Below are positions 1 through 10,849 of a DNA stretch of 64,000 nucleotides, piece by piece. Source of the DNA: an uncultured Chloroflexia bacterium (GTDB lineage Bacteria > Chloroflexota > Anaerolineae > CG2-30-64-16); contig CAVZDU010000008.1 in NCBI GenBank assembly GCA_963774265.1, forward strand, positions 32,001 to 96,000, given 5' to 3'. A program made the position numbers and the translations under genes. A model generated the notes under the pieces. It was not told the DNA's origin. It did not search any database and saw only the letters and a program-made list of their open reading frames with translations. Each line of letters begins with the position of its first letter. The first letter of the stretch is position 1.

Positions 1-771
1 GGGGCAGCGGTGGCATGGATCGGACCGAACCGGCTGTTGAACATGTTCACCACCGGACGCGGGCTGACACGTCTGCTCGAAGCTCAGAACGGCCAAAGCC
101 TTGTGCTTCTCCTGGCGCTGCAAAACATGGTCCTTGTCGTTTTCAACCTGATCCCTGCGTTTCCGATGGACGGCGGTCGGTTGCTCCGGTCACTTTTGGC
201 CGGCTTCGTATCGTTTCGCACCGCCACTCGGCTGGCATCCTGGGTTGGCCAGGGGCTGGCAGTGGTGCTGATTGGCCTGTCGTTCATTCCGCCGGGCAAC
301 TTCTTCCTCACCCTGATCGGAGGATTCGTGTTCATCGGTGCATGGCAGGAACGGAGCCAGGTGATGATGTCTGAGACTTTGTATGGACTCACCGTGCGCA
401 ATGCAATGCAGCCTCTGGGTTATCGACTCGCGCGAGGTGATAGGCTCGGCGATATCATTGAACGCATTGCCGCGTCGCCGCAGGCTGCGTTTGCCGTTGT
501 AGAGGACGGGCGACTCGCAGGGCTGATCACCCGCGGCGCGCTCCTAGCCGCAGCGAAAAAGTCGGGGAACGCGGCCATCGTGGGAGCGCATTTGCCGGCA
601 ACAACGCATAAAGTGGCCCCTGATGTGCCATTGCTTGAGGCGCAGGAGCAGCTCCAGGTAAATCATGCGGCCGTCGTGATCGAGAATGGGGTTGCGGTCG
701 GCCTCATCAGCCGCAGCGATATCGGAAGGCTCGCAGAGACCTTTGAGATCGCGCGGCGCAATCCGCTCTAA
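1..771 (+). CDS. Site-2 (M50) membrane metalloprotease with C-terminal CBS pair, 5'-truncated by window edge
   Basis: NLIPAFPMDGGR motif typical of M50; hydrophobic helices; CBS-like segments (VVEDGRLAGLIT, VIENGVAVGLISRSDI). Confidence 0.85.
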   Translation, partial: GAAVAWIGPNRLLNMFTTGRGLTRLLEAQNGQSLVLLLALQNMVLVVFNLIPAFPMDGGRLLRSLLAGFVSFRTATRLASWVGQGLAVVLIGLSFIPPGNFFLTLIGGFVFIGAWQERSQVMMSETLYGLTVRNAMQPLGYRLARGDRLGDIIERIAASPQAAFAVVEDGRLAGLITRGALLAAAKKSGNAAIVGAHLPATTHKVAPDVPLLEAQEQLQVNHAAVVIENGVAVGLISRSDIGRLAETFEIARRNPL

Positions 772-782
772 GAGGACCAGTA

Positions 783-2507
783 GTGCGTCTTCTGCAACAA
801 ACGCGCGAGCTTATTCGCATGTTGCTGGCCTGGGTCACAGGCCGACCCTATCAACCCCGCACGGATCCACCGGTCGACGGCAGACCTGCGGCGGCTGATA
901 TGTGCGGCAACCGAGGTCGCTTTGTGATCGTGCAGATCGATGGGCTGGCACACGAATATCTGCTGCGAAGCGTGGCCGCAGGACACACCCCCCACATCAA
1001 ACACCTCATCGCTCAGGGCTACAAGTTGCAACGTTGGCGTTGCGGCGTACCCTCCTCCACCCCCGCCAGCCAGTCAGGTCTCATGTTCGGCAACAACTGG
1101 GACATTCCAGCGTTCAGATGGTATGAGAAGGAGACCGGCCTCGCGCCGCACTGCAAGTCTCCGATCTTTGCCGCTCGCATCCAAGCTGCAGTCAGGGAAG
1201 ACCGGACAGGCATCCTGGCAGGCGGCTCTTCTTACGGCAACCTGATTGATGGCGACGCCCGCCTGGCGCTGTTCACCCTCTCCGCCATGGGGGGGCAACG
1301 TTTCTTAGAACAACTCCGCGGGCTGGGCTGGGCGCTCCTTTTCGGGTTGATTCCCTGGCGCATCGTGCACATTCTGGTCTTGATCGTGTGGGAGTTGGCG
1401 CGCGACGTTGGACGCACCGTCCGGCTTTGGATCATCAGCGGCTTTCGTCATCGGCTCACCTTGATCAAGCCGGCGCTTCAGGTGCTCACCAACGTTGTTT
1501 TCGGCGAGGTCCAGACCTTTGGCGTGCTGTTGGACATCTTCCGAGGCATGCCTTCGGTTTATGTAAACTTCTATGGTTATGACGAGGTAGCGCACGGCGA
1601 TGGTCCACTTGGCAAGGAGGCGGTGCGCGCGCTACGACGAATCGACAGCTACATCGGAGAGATTGACCGCATCCGGCGCATATATCGTCCGGAGACTGAT
1701 CTGTATATTCTCTCAGATCACGGCATGAGCCCGGCGCTGCCAATTCAGAAAATCGACACAAAGAAGTCACTTGGAAAACTCGTGTCCGAGTCGGTAGCAG
1801 CTACGGTGGCAGCGGACGAGTCCCTTTCGCGGTCGCGTTGGGGGCGTCCAAACGCGGATATATCCGGCGACAGCTACCGGTGGCTGCTGGATGAGCTCGA
1901 CGGCATTGAGGCACACCTATCCCCCCGCGGACAGCGGCTTGCCCGCGCACTGCGTAAGCGGCTGGTGGACCGCCTGCCTCCAGACCCCGACTCTGAATAT
2001 GACTTGGGCAGAGGGGCCGATGTGGTCGTCCGGGTCTCAGGCAACGTAGCACACATCTATTTCAACGTCACGCGCGAGCGGATGGATGTGAGCGAAATCG
2101 CCCTGCTGTATGCCGGGCTGCTTGACGCGCTCAATGATCACCCGGGCATCGGGTTAGTGCTCGCGGTAGAGAACGGACGCCCGGTCGTCGTTTCCTCTCG
2201 CGGTACGTCTGAGTTGACCGCTGAACGCCTCCCCCCTGCTCTGGCTGAGCCGGACCAGTGCACCGCCGACCTGGTGCGACTGCTCAGCTTCCCCCACGCT
2301 GGCGATCTCGTTGTGATCGGTGCGTGGAACGCTCATGGCCGAGTAGTGACCTTCGAAGACCAGAACGCCACGCATGGTGGCGTCGGTGGCCCCCAGGACT
2401 ACCCTTTTTTCCTGACGCCACCGGGCTCCACGCTCGATGTCACCCATGTCACCAATTCCAATCAGATCTACTCCTATTTCATCACCACGTACCACTCTGA
2501 AGCTTGA
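783..2507 (+). CDS. Alkaline phosphatase-superfamily (type I phosphodiesterase/nucleotide pyrophosphatase-like) membrane-associated protein
   Basis: IVQIDGL, STPASQ nucleophile region, YDEVAH, LSDHGM, HGG metal-binding motifs; internal hydrophobic segment. Confidence 0.8.
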   Translation: MRLLQQTRELIRMLLAWVTGRPYQPRTDPPVDGRPAAADMCGNRGRFVIVQIDGLAHEYLLRSVAAGHTPHIKHLIAQGYKLQRWRCGVPSSTPASQSGLMFGNNWDIPAFRWYEKETGLAPHCKSPIFAARIQAAVREDRTGILAGGSSYGNLIDGDARLALFTLSAMGGQRFLEQLRGLGWALLFGLIPWRIVHILVLIVWELARDVGRTVRLWIISGFRHRLTLIKPALQVLTNVVFGEVQTFGVLLDIFRGMPSVYVNFYGYDEVAHGDGPLGKEAVRALRRIDSYIGEIDRIRRIYRPETDLYILSDHGMSPALPIQKIDTKKSLGKLVSESVAATVAADESLSRSRWGRPNADISGDSYRWLLDELDGIEAHLSPRGQRLARALRKRLVDRLPPDPDSEYDLGRGADVVVRVSGNVAHIYFNVTRERMDVSEIALLYAGLLDALNDHPGIGLVLAVENGRPVVVSSRGTSELTAERLPPALAEPDQCTADLVRLLSFPHAGDLVVIGAWNAHGRVVTFEDQNATHGGVGGPQDYPFFLTPPGSTLDVTHVTNSNQIYSYFITTYHSEA

Positions 2508-2570
2508 CAGATATCGAGATATGCATAAAATTAGTTTTATATAAATAGAACTAATTACACGAGGTGCCCC

Positions 2571-3158
2571 ATGTCCGATGAATCTGTCATGCCCGAGCTT
2601 CTGGAGTTCTTCAAGGCGCTGGCTGAACCGAAACGGCTGCGTATCGTTGGGCTTCTCGCACAGAAAGCCTATACGGGGGAGCAACTGGCCGCGATGCTGG
2701 GATTGAGCGAGGGAACGGTCTCGCACCATGTGTCATACCTGGTCCACGCAGGGCTGGTCTCTGCTGAGGCTCGGAGTTACTACAACACGTATTCGCTGAG
2801 ATTGGACGCGATCCATGCAATCGCCGAGCGGCTACTGAGCCGCGACGAGTTGCCTAAGCTCGCTGCCGATGTAGATGTGGACGCGTACGATCGCAAGGTT
2901 CTGGAGACGTTCACGGATGCAGAGGGTCGCATCAAGCAGTTTCCCGCCCAGCGGAAGAAGTTCGATGTACTGTTAAGGTATGTGCTGAAGGCGTTCGAGC
3001 CTGGGGTGCGGTACACCGAGAAACAGGTGAACGAGATCCTGTCGTTCCATAATGAAGATGTGGCCTATCTGCGACGAAGCCTGGTCGAGTGCAGGTATAT
3101 GGCACGCGAGGGTGGAGGCGGCGCGTATTGGCGGATTGATCAGCAGATGGAGAGCTAG
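2571..3158 (+). CDS. ArsR/SmtB-family HTH regulator with C-terminal DUF2087-like domain
   Basis: FFKALAEPKRLRIVGLL...TVSHH HTH; C-terminal FPAQRKK...YTEKQVNE...LRRSLV; GAGG RBS. Confidence 0.85.
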   Translation: MSDESVMPELLEFFKALAEPKRLRIVGLLAQKAYTGEQLAAMLGLSEGTVSHHVSYLVHAGLVSAEARSYYNTYSLRLDAIHAIAERLLSRDELPKLAADVDVDAYDRKVLETFTDAEGRIKQFPAQRKKFDVLLRYVLKAFEPGVRYTEKQVNEILSFHNEDVAYLRRSLVECRYMAREGGGGAYWRIDQQMES

Positions 3159-3574
3159 CCGGTGCGCTCAGACCGTAGCCGCCAGAAAGCCTGGGTGAGC
3201 CAGGCCGCAACCATAAGCAGGACCAGGCCTGCGGTATCAAATACGATGAACCGGACTATGCTTGCTCGTGCGAGAAGATGATCCGGGGGAAGCGTCAGAA
3301 GAACGAGACTCTCGCCGAGCAAACCAATGGATTGCATGGCGAGAGCCTCATATAGTGCAACCCGGAATCGCACGGGGTGCCACAAGGCAACGGCGTAGGG
3401 CACGTTCCACATCAGGAATAGCACCCCCATCCCTCGAATCATTGCCTCCCCCGTCGCGCCACTCAATTCAAAACCGGCAGCGTATGCAACTGGCGAGGTC
3501 AAGAAGACCAAGGCACATTGAACGTTCCAGATGAACACTGCAGCAATCAGAAGCCGGCCCAGCCACAACCTCAT
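3155..3574 (-). CDS. Hypothetical 4-TM membrane protein
   Basis: Four hydrophobic segments; start moved to ATG at 3574 behind GAGGGGG RBS. Confidence 0.65.
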   Translation of the reverse strand: MRLWLGRLLIAAVFIWNVQCALVFLTSPVAYAAGFELSGATGEAMIRGMGVLFLMWNVPYAVALWHPVRFRVALYEALAMQSIGLLGESLVLLTLPPDHLLARASIVRFIVFDTAGLVLLMVAAWLTQAFWRLRSERTG

Positions 3575-3691
3575 GAATCCCCCCTCAACCCCGCACGATG
3601 ATGCTACCGGAGCCCGGATTATGACACAATAGAAGCCGCCAGCAAAGAGGTTGCGCATGCCAGGATTGATGACCCAATATCATTTGACCTC

Positions 3692-3720
3692 TTGACAATA
3701 ACACAGGTGTTTGTTATTGT
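3692..3720 (+). promoter_or_regulatory. Sigma70-type promoter TTGACA-N17-TATTGT overlapped by 9-bp inverted repeat ACAATAACA-N8-TGTTATTGT
   Basis: TTGACA 3692-3697, TATTGT 3715-3720; arms 3695-3703 and 3712-3720. Confidence 0.65.
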
Positions 3721-3778
3721 GTACTCGACAGGACTATACGAAGCGCGACGCAGTATCACTCCTCCCGGAGGCCAAAAT

Positions 3779-4783
3779 ATGTCCGTCGAGCAACCTTTCC
3801 TCTTCGATCCGAGAGCCGAGGAAGAATCGGAATCCCTCGAGGTTGAGGAGGCGCCTTATCCCACGACTCCCGATCGCGTGCTTGCGCCGGCGGCGGTTGC
3901 TCCCGTCGACCTGACTGCGTCTTCCACTTTGGCCCATGCATCCCAGGCTTTCCGCGGACACATGCTGCGCCAAGGCTTCTCCGAGAACACGATCAAGGCG
4001 TTTCAGGCCGATCTGCGGCTGTTTACCCGCCACATAGGTGAAGCTCAAGCCATTGGTAAAATCGCTCAGTCGGATCTGGAGGAATTCATGACCTGGCTGC
4101 GGACCGAGCGCGACGTACCCTGCAGCCCCAAATCATATGCGCGGCGGCTGACAACGCTCAAGGTGTTCTTCGGCTGGCTAGCCGCGGCAGAGGTGCTGGA
4201 TAGAGACCCCGCCGCGCCCCTGATCCACGTCCATCCGACGACACCGTTGCCCGAGATTCTCTCCGACGAACAGATCAACGATCTGCTGCGCGCGACGCGC
4301 GACCTGCTTTGGGCTGCGAAGCCCGACGCACGGCCCTTCTTGCTGATAACCATCTTGCTTCAAACGGGAATCAAGAAGGGCGAATGCATGGAGATTACGC
4401 TGGAGCACATCGACCTGTCGAGCACACAGGCCCCAGTGCTCTTCGTTCGTTACGAAGACCCGCGCAAGGCATTGAAGGAGCGCAGCCTGGGGCTTGGACC
4501 GACTTTTGCTCCGGCATATCGCCAGTACCTGCGCGAGTACCAACCTGAAGAGCGTCTATTTGCGTGTACGGCGCGAAATCTGGAGTACGTGTTGGAAGAA
4601 GCCGCCACGCTGGCTGAGATCCCGGGGGGCTGCTCATTCGAGCAACTGCGCTGGACCTGCGTGGTGCGGGACTACCGGAACGGGATGCCAGCAGCTCAGC
4701 TCCGCCAGAAGATGGGACTGTCGATGATCACGTGGCGTGAGACGCTGCCGAAGATTCAAAAGCTGGCGCGACCCGCATTGTAA
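3779..4783 (+). CDS. XerC/XerD-like tyrosine recombinase-fold protein with degenerate catalytic residues
   Basis: Core-binding domain (SENTIKAFQADL, SYARRLTTLKVFFGWL, LPEILS); box I QTGIKKGE, box II SFEQLRWT...KMGLS; no Tyr at the nucleophile position; ATG 3779 behind GGAGG. Confidence 0.8.
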   Translation: MSVEQPFLFDPRAEEESESLEVEEAPYPTTPDRVLAPAAVAPVDLTASSTLAHASQAFRGHMLRQGFSENTIKAFQADLRLFTRHIGEAQAIGKIAQSDLEEFMTWLRTERDVPCSPKSYARRLTTLKVFFGWLAAAEVLDRDPAAPLIHVHPTTPLPEILSDEQINDLLRATRDLLWAAKPDARPFLLITILLQTGIKKGECMEITLEHIDLSSTQAPVLFVRYEDPRKALKERSLGLGPTFAPAYRQYLREYQPEERLFACTARNLEYVLEEAATLAEIPGGCSFEQLRWTCVVRDYRNGMPAAQLRQKMGLSMITWRETLPKIQKLARPAL

Positions 4784-4801
4784 GGCTCCCCAAGTCCCGA
4801 A

Positions 4802-6186
4802 TCAGCCTGAACCGGTGAGCGGAATCAATTGCAGAATTAGGGCGATGTATTGCTCGTGGATGTCAAGATACGAGCCACTCCAACCCCCAACCGCATAGAT
4901 CTTGTTGTTCAGGGGTGCGGCGGCCAAATTCCGCCATTCACCGGGCATCGGAGTACCCAGGCGCGACCACGCATCGAGTCGCGTGTCATACTGCTCGTTG
5001 TAAGCCTCTGAGCCGTCCCAACCGCCGCCAAGTGCAAACACCTGGGCGCCCACGCCCACCACCGCCAACCCTGCGCGCGCGGCTGTCTCAAAGGCGCCTT
5101 TGCAGCCCAGGCGCGCGACCCCACATCTTCGCTGCGAGGGTCATAAGCCAGCACATCCGTGAGATTTGACCGGCTATCCTGCCCGCCAACCACGTAGAAC
5201 ACGTCCTTGAGCACAGCTGCACCTAAGAACGCGCGTGGCCCTGGCAGAGACGGTCCCTCCGTCCAGGTCTGAGCCGCTGGATCAAAAATCAACGTCTCGG
5301 CACGGAGATGCTGGTCACTCCAACCCCCGAAAAGATACAGCTTGCCGCTCCAAACCACCAAAGCGTAAGCCGTCAGCGGTCGAGGCAATTTAGGACCGAC
5401 CTCCCACCTATCGGTTACTGGGTCGTAAATCTCGAGGACATCGCTCACCCCACCACCGGACGATGTGCCGCCAGGAACGTAGATGCGCCCGTTCAGAAAG
5501 CCTGCTGCGACATTGGCGACAGGAGTAGGCTTTGTGGCAAGAGGCAGCCACCCGTTGGTGCTGGGATCGAACACCGTCAGATCCCCTGTGACACCATCAA
5601 CAGTTTCACCTCCCATCGCGTAAAGGCGCTTCCCGTCGCTGGCGAGCGCCAGGCGGCTGCGCGGCTGAGGCAAGGGCGCGCCCGCGCTCCAACGTTGCGC
5701 AGCAATCCGCTCGGGCGCGGCCAACTGCAGACGGCCCAGGTCGCTAAAAGCGGTAAGCGACGCCGCGTCGCTGCGGGCGCGTCGCCATGAGGGCGCCACT
5801 ACGCCGAACACTGCCAACAATAGCGCCATGAACCCAATCGCGTACTGCCATCGCGCAACAGGGCGACGCACAGGTGCATGCGGCATCAATTCAGGCAGAG
5901 GGATCGGCGGCAGCTCTGGTTCGGCTTCATCCTGGGGAACGACAGGGACCGGTGCGAACACCTCCCCAGGTACCGTCACCCAGCCGCGACGGACTGCCTC
6001 CATGGTCGCTTCAGTGCGAGACTGGACTCCGAGCTTCTCGAAAATATTGCGAAGGTGGACTTTGACCGTGTTCGGGCTGATGACCAGATCGCGCGCGATC
6101 TGCTGATTGGTCGCGCCGGTCGACACCAGCTTAAGCACTTCGAGCTCGCGCTCGCTAAGGTTGCCGAGGTCTTCTGAGATGGTCAT
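4802..6186 (-). CDS. LuxR-type HTH + TM helix + Kelch-repeat beta-propeller protein (frameshift near 5070)
   Basis: LSERELEVLKL...ISPNTVKVHLRNIFEKLGV; TM YAIGFMALLLAVFGVV; about six Kelch GG..Y..W repeats across ORFs 4909-6237 and 4802-5068. Confidence 0.85.
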
Positions 6187-6245
6187 ACAAAGATAACACC
6201 TGGCTGCACCACGGTATGCCGTTGCAGCCAGGTGCAAGGTGAACG

Positions 6246-8799
6246 TTACGCCCAGGTCATCAGGTGCGTGGCGAACGGATTCGGCAGATTGGAATGTTGG
6301 GGCCGAGCGCGCACACCATACGCGAACCGCCCGCTATCGGGCACGTCGAAGGTTGTCTCGTACCGATAGACTCCGTCCGCTCGGCCGACCAAACGCATTG
6401 GCAGCGCCACGGCCTCGATAGCTCGCCCATTACTCTCGCGCACGCAAACCAGCTCCACCGCGATGTCCTCCGGCTGAAGCACGCCGGTTCGCAGCGATGC
6501 CTGGACCACTAGCGGTGCGCCGATGGTCATCTCCCCGCGCTCGGGGCCTACGGCGCTGACAGACACCTGTCCCCAATCGCCCTTCACGCGACTCTCCCAC
6601 GTCGCCAGAGCACGCGCGCCCGCATAGCCATTATCGCCCACCCGACGACCCAGCGCATCGGCCGGAACATAGAACTTAGAGATGTATTCCTTCAGCATCC
6701 GGTCGAAGCTGTAGTCGGGCCCCACCGTCATCATGGACGCGCGCATGATTCTGAGCCACTCCTCGGGGATCCCGCCCTCACTTCGCCGGTAGTAGGTGGG
6801 CACGATCTGGTTTTCCAAAATCGCATAGAGCGATAACGCGTCCGCCTCGTCTTGGGCAGCCTCGTTGGGATACTCGCGCTCTGCGCCGATCGCCCAACCG
6901 TTGGTTCCGTCGTATGCTTCTCGCCACCAACCGTCGAGCACGCTGAAGTTCGGCGCGCCGTTCAGGCCTGCCTTTTCCCCGCTGGTTCCGCTGGCCTCCA
7001 TTGGACGTCGTGGGTTGTTAAGCCAGATATCCACACCTGCGACCAGGTGACGGCCGATGTTGGCATCGTAATCCTCAACAAATATGATCTTACCCGCGAA
7101 GCCCGGCTGCCGGCTGTACTGGTAAACAGACTGAATAAATGCTTTGCCCGGCTCATCCGCGGGATGCGCCTTGCCGGCGAACACGATCTGCACCGGATGC
7201 TCGGGGTCATTAAGGATCCGCTTGAGCCGCTCCTGGTTGCGGAAGATCAAGGTTGCCCGCTTATAAGTCGCGAAGCGGCGTGCAAAGCCGATGGTCAGCG
7301 CATGCGGGTCAAGACCGGAGGCTGCGGAGTTGACGTCTGCGGGCGGCGAGCCCGTACGCAGCAATTGGGCGGCGGTGCGTTCGCGCACCAACTCCAGCAT
7401 CTCCACTTTGGCAGCCTGGTGCTGGGCCCACAACGCCTCATCCGGAATATCCACAACGCCCGCCCAGGTCGAGCGCTGATCGATAGCATCGCGCCAATCG
7501 GGAGCCAAGTGCCGATCCAGCAAGGCTGCAAGTCCGGAATGTAGCCAGGTATCAGTATGGACGCCATTAGTGACATAGTCGATCGGCACTTCGGCTTCGG
7601 ACATGCCAGGCCATAACGACTGCCACATGCGCCGCGACACCTCGCCGTGCAACTCGCTTACACCGTTTGCCAGGCCTGCGGTGCGAAGCGCAAGCACTGT
7701 CATGCTGAACTGAGGCCCCCAGGCGTAGTCCTGACGGCCGAGGCCGAGGAAGCGTTCCCGATCCAGGCCCATTTGGCTCCAATAGTGACCGAAGAAGCGA
7801 TCCATAAGATCGAAACCGAACGCATCATTGCCCGCAGGCACGGGTGTATGCGTCGTAAACAGTGCATTGGAACGCGGCAGACCACAAGGCCGCCTCGAAC
7901 GGCAGCTGTTGGTTCTGGACCAACTCACGGATACGCTCTAGTTGAAGGAACGCGGCATGCCCCTCGTTCATGTGCCAGACCGTGGGATTCAGGCCCAACG
8001 CGCGAAGTGCACGGACCCCGCCGATGCCCAGCACGACTTCTTGCGAGATGCGAATCTGCACATCACCGCCGTATAAGCGTGCCGACAGCTCACGGTCGCC
8101 GGGCGCATTCTGCTCCACATCGGTGTCCATTAGGTAGATAGGCACGCGACCCACCTGGATACGCCATACCTTGGCATACACGGTACGGCCCGGCAGATCC
8201 ACATGGATGAGAACCTGCTCCCCTTTGCCGTTCACGGCAGGCTGTGCCGGCACCTCTGCAAAATCGAGCTTCTCGTAGATCGCTTCCTGACGGCCATCCG
8301 CATCGATGCGTTGCCGGAAGTAACCCTGCGGGTAGAGGAACCCCACAGCTACGAACGGCAGGCCAAGATCGCTGGCGGTCTTGCAGTGATCACCCGCCAG
8401 GATGCCCAGGCCGCCGGAGTAGATGGGCAGGCTTTCATGCAGGCCGAACTCCGCCGAAAAGTAGGCGATACACGGGTCCGCGGTCCCGGGGAGGTGACGA
8501 GCGTGCCAAGTCGTGCCAGGTTCGGGATGCATGTACGCATCGAACGCGGCCATCAGATTGCGATAGCGAGTGAGGTATTGGCCATCCGAGGCGGCCCAGT
8601 CCAACCGGCCCTGACTGACCAGCCGTAAAAACTTCACGGGATTATGGTTGACCCGCTTCCACAAATCCGGGTCGATATCTCGGTACAGCGCCTGCGCTTC
8701 GGGGGTCCAACTCCACCAGAGGTTATAGGCCAGCTCGCTCAGGCGAGCGATCTTCGAATCGGGGGCAGAGTAAACAGCAACATGCCCTAAGGTCTTCAC
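6246..8799 (-). CDS. glgP: Alpha-glucan (glycogen/maltodextrin) phosphorylase (frameshift near 7875)
   Basis: AYFSAEFGLHESLPIYSGGLGILAGDH, HMNEGH, FTTHTPVPAGND, GFARRFATYKRA, PLP-site EASGTSGEKA across two ORFs. Confidence 0.93.
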
Positions 8800-8984
8800 G
8801 AGTTCTCCTCCAATGTCAACTCATCTTCCTGACCAACCACGGTTAACGAGAAGATGAACGGGCTACGTCCGGTTATTTTAAGAGAGAAAGGCATCTCTGT
8901 CCAATTAGGTCGGAAAGCAGGCGAGTTGCGACGCGTGGTACAATGTCCATTGCGTGCCAACCTACCCTGTTAAAGGAGGGGTTT

Positions 8985-9710
8985 ATGCCTGGAGCCGAGC
9001 AATCCGGTCAACGCAGATATCGTTACCCTGAACAACCGCCGCAGGCGCAACGGCCGCGGCGTTACCTGCTGTTCTACAAACCCTATGATGTCTTGTCAGA
9101 ATTCGACGACGCTGAGGGGCGGATCACGTTGCGGAGTTTCGTGTCCATACCTGAGATGAGCGCGGCCGGCCGGCTCGATCAGGATAGCGAAGGACTGCTG
9201 CTGCTCACCGACGACGGCGAGTTGGCGCATCGCCTCACACACCCCGACTATCACCTTCCCAAGACCTACCTCGTGCAGGTGGAGGGCGTCCCTCTGAAGA
9301 GCGCCCTGGACGCATTGCGCCGCGGCGTGCTGGTCAAAGGTATCACTACTGAGGCGGCTGAGGTGGATCTTCTGGAGGATGCACCGGATCTACCGCCGCG
9401 CAGCACGCCAGTGCGCGAGAATCCCGCGGTCCCGATTGCATGGCTCCGCATCGTCATCCGGGAGGGTAAGAAGCGCCAGATACGGCACATGACGGCAGCC
9501 GTGGGGCATCCCACGTTACGCCTGGTGCGCGTGGCTATTGGCCCGCTGACCCTGCGAGGACTGGCCCCGGGTGAATGGCGCGACGTCACGCCGGAGGAAC
9601 TGGGGAAACTACACCGCAGCCTGCGCGCAGCCCAGAAGACGCCCCAAAGCACGCCCAAAGCATCCAGGAAAGGCCGGGAATTCGCGCGGCGGCCGGCGCG
9701 ACGGCGTTAG
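8985..9710 (+). CDS. RsuA/RluE-family rRNA pseudouridine synthase
   Basis: YKPYDV, GRLDQDSEGLLLLT, EGKKRQIRHM, LRLVRVAIG; AGGAGG RBS. Confidence 0.9.
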   Translation: MPGAEQSGQRRYRYPEQPPQAQRPRRYLLFYKPYDVLSEFDDAEGRITLRSFVSIPEMSAAGRLDQDSEGLLLLTDDGELAHRLTHPDYHLPKTYLVQVEGVPLKSALDALRRGVLVKGITTEAAEVDLLEDAPDLPPRSTPVRENPAVPIAWLRIVIREGKKRQIRHMTAAVGHPTLRLVRVAIGPLTLRGLAPGEWRDVTPEELGKLHRSLRAAQKTPQSTPKASRKGREFARRPARRR

Positions 9711-9782
9711 GGGCGCACTCCTGTGCGAACCTCAACAAATTCGCCGGCATCCGGTCGTGGCGCTTTCGCCGCGCCTCTGGTG

Positions 9783-10820
9783 CTATCTGACAACGGAGGA
9801 CAGCGTGACCGGCTCCTGTGCGCGTGATGAGCGATAAATCGCCTCGACGACCTCCAGGCTGCGGCGGCCTTCGAGGCCATCAATGAGCGGCCGGCCGCCT
9901 GAGCGGATAGCCTCAGCAAAGTCACGGAAAAGGGCGCCGTGTGCTGCCGCAGTGATGTCCATGGGCCTTGTTGCGCCACTGCTGGCCGCAGTGCGCTTCT
10001 CGCCATCCTCTTTAGGGTCGATGAAGTGCCATTCCAACCGGCCTTCTCCCTTGTGATAGACCACGCCGCCGTGCGTGCCGTAAAACTCCAAACGCTCACT
10101 GTAACCAGGGTAGGCGACTGTCGTAGCCTGGAGCAGGCCCATCGCGCCGTTGGGATATTCCAGCATCGCCACAGCGCCATCTTCCACTTCGATCTCATGA
10201 TTCAGCGTACGCGTCTGAGCGGTAAGCCGGGATGGCATGCCTGCAACCCAGACGAACAAGTCAATCGCATGGATGGCCTGGTTAATCAGAACACCGCCAC
10301 CCTCCTCGGCCCACGTACCGCGCCAGGGCTTGCTGCGGTAATAGGCGGCATCCCTATACCACACTGTGTTGGAGCTGGCCCATAGCAGCCGGCCCAGCCG
10401 GCCATTGCTCACCATATCCCTCAAGTCGGTTACCAACGCCTCAAAACGGCCCTGGAAGGTCACGCCCAGCAACACGCCGGCCCGGTCACACGCATCGATC
10501 ATTTCATCGCACTCAGCAACACTACGCGCCATCGGTTTCTCACATAGCACGTGCTTGCCCGCGGCTGCGGCATCCACTGTCATGGGGAGATGCAGATTGT
10601 GCGGAGAGGCGATAGCAACGACGTCAACATCTGGTCGAGCCAGCACCTCGTGATAGTCGGCGTACCAATCGGCTCCGTGCTCAGCGGCGAACGCCTGCCC
10701 GCGCTGTGGATTGCGCGTGGCGACGGCCGTCAACTTAGCGTCAGGGATTTCTCGGATAGCCGCGGCGTGCACCGGTGCAATATTGCCGACGCCGATGATG
10801 GCGAAGTTAAGTCTTTTCAC
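9783..10820 (-). CDS. Gfo/Idh/MocA-family NAD(P)-dependent oxidoreductase
   Basis: IIGVGNIA Rossmann motif, HVLCEKP, GGGVLINQAIHAID. Confidence 0.92.
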   Translation of the reverse strand: MKRLNFAIIGVGNIAPVHAAAIREIPDAKLTAVATRNPQRGQAFAAEHGADWYADYHEVLARPDVDVVAIASPHNLHLPMTVDAAAAGKHVLCEKPMARSVAECDEMIDACDRAGVLLGVTFQGRFEALVTDLRDMVSNGRLGRLLWASSNTVWYRDAAYYRSKPWRGTWAEEGGGVLINQAIHAIDLFVWVAGMPSRLTAQTRTLNHEIEVEDGAVAMLEYPNGAMGLLQATTVAYPGYSERLEFYGTHGGVVYHKGEGRLEWHFIDPKEDGEKRTAASSGATRPMDITAAAHGALFRDFAEAIRSGGRPLIDGLEGRRSLEVVEAIYRSSRAQEPVTLSSVVR

Positions 10821-10849
10821 CCTTGTTTCTCCTCATCAACTGTTCGCTG

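Noticed and set aside
3701-3713. LexA/SOS box (ACAC-AGGT-GTTT)
   Set aside because: Three mismatches to GAAC-N4-GTTC; the longer inverted repeat explains the site better.
3779-4783. Integrase marking a prophage or genomic island
   Set aside because: No catalytic Tyr, no adjacent tRNA or att repeat, and no phage or conjugation genes nearby.
8821-8857. Inverted repeat TCATCTTC...GAAGATGA upstream of glgP
   Set aside because: Only 8-bp arms and a single instance; cannot be distinguished from chance.
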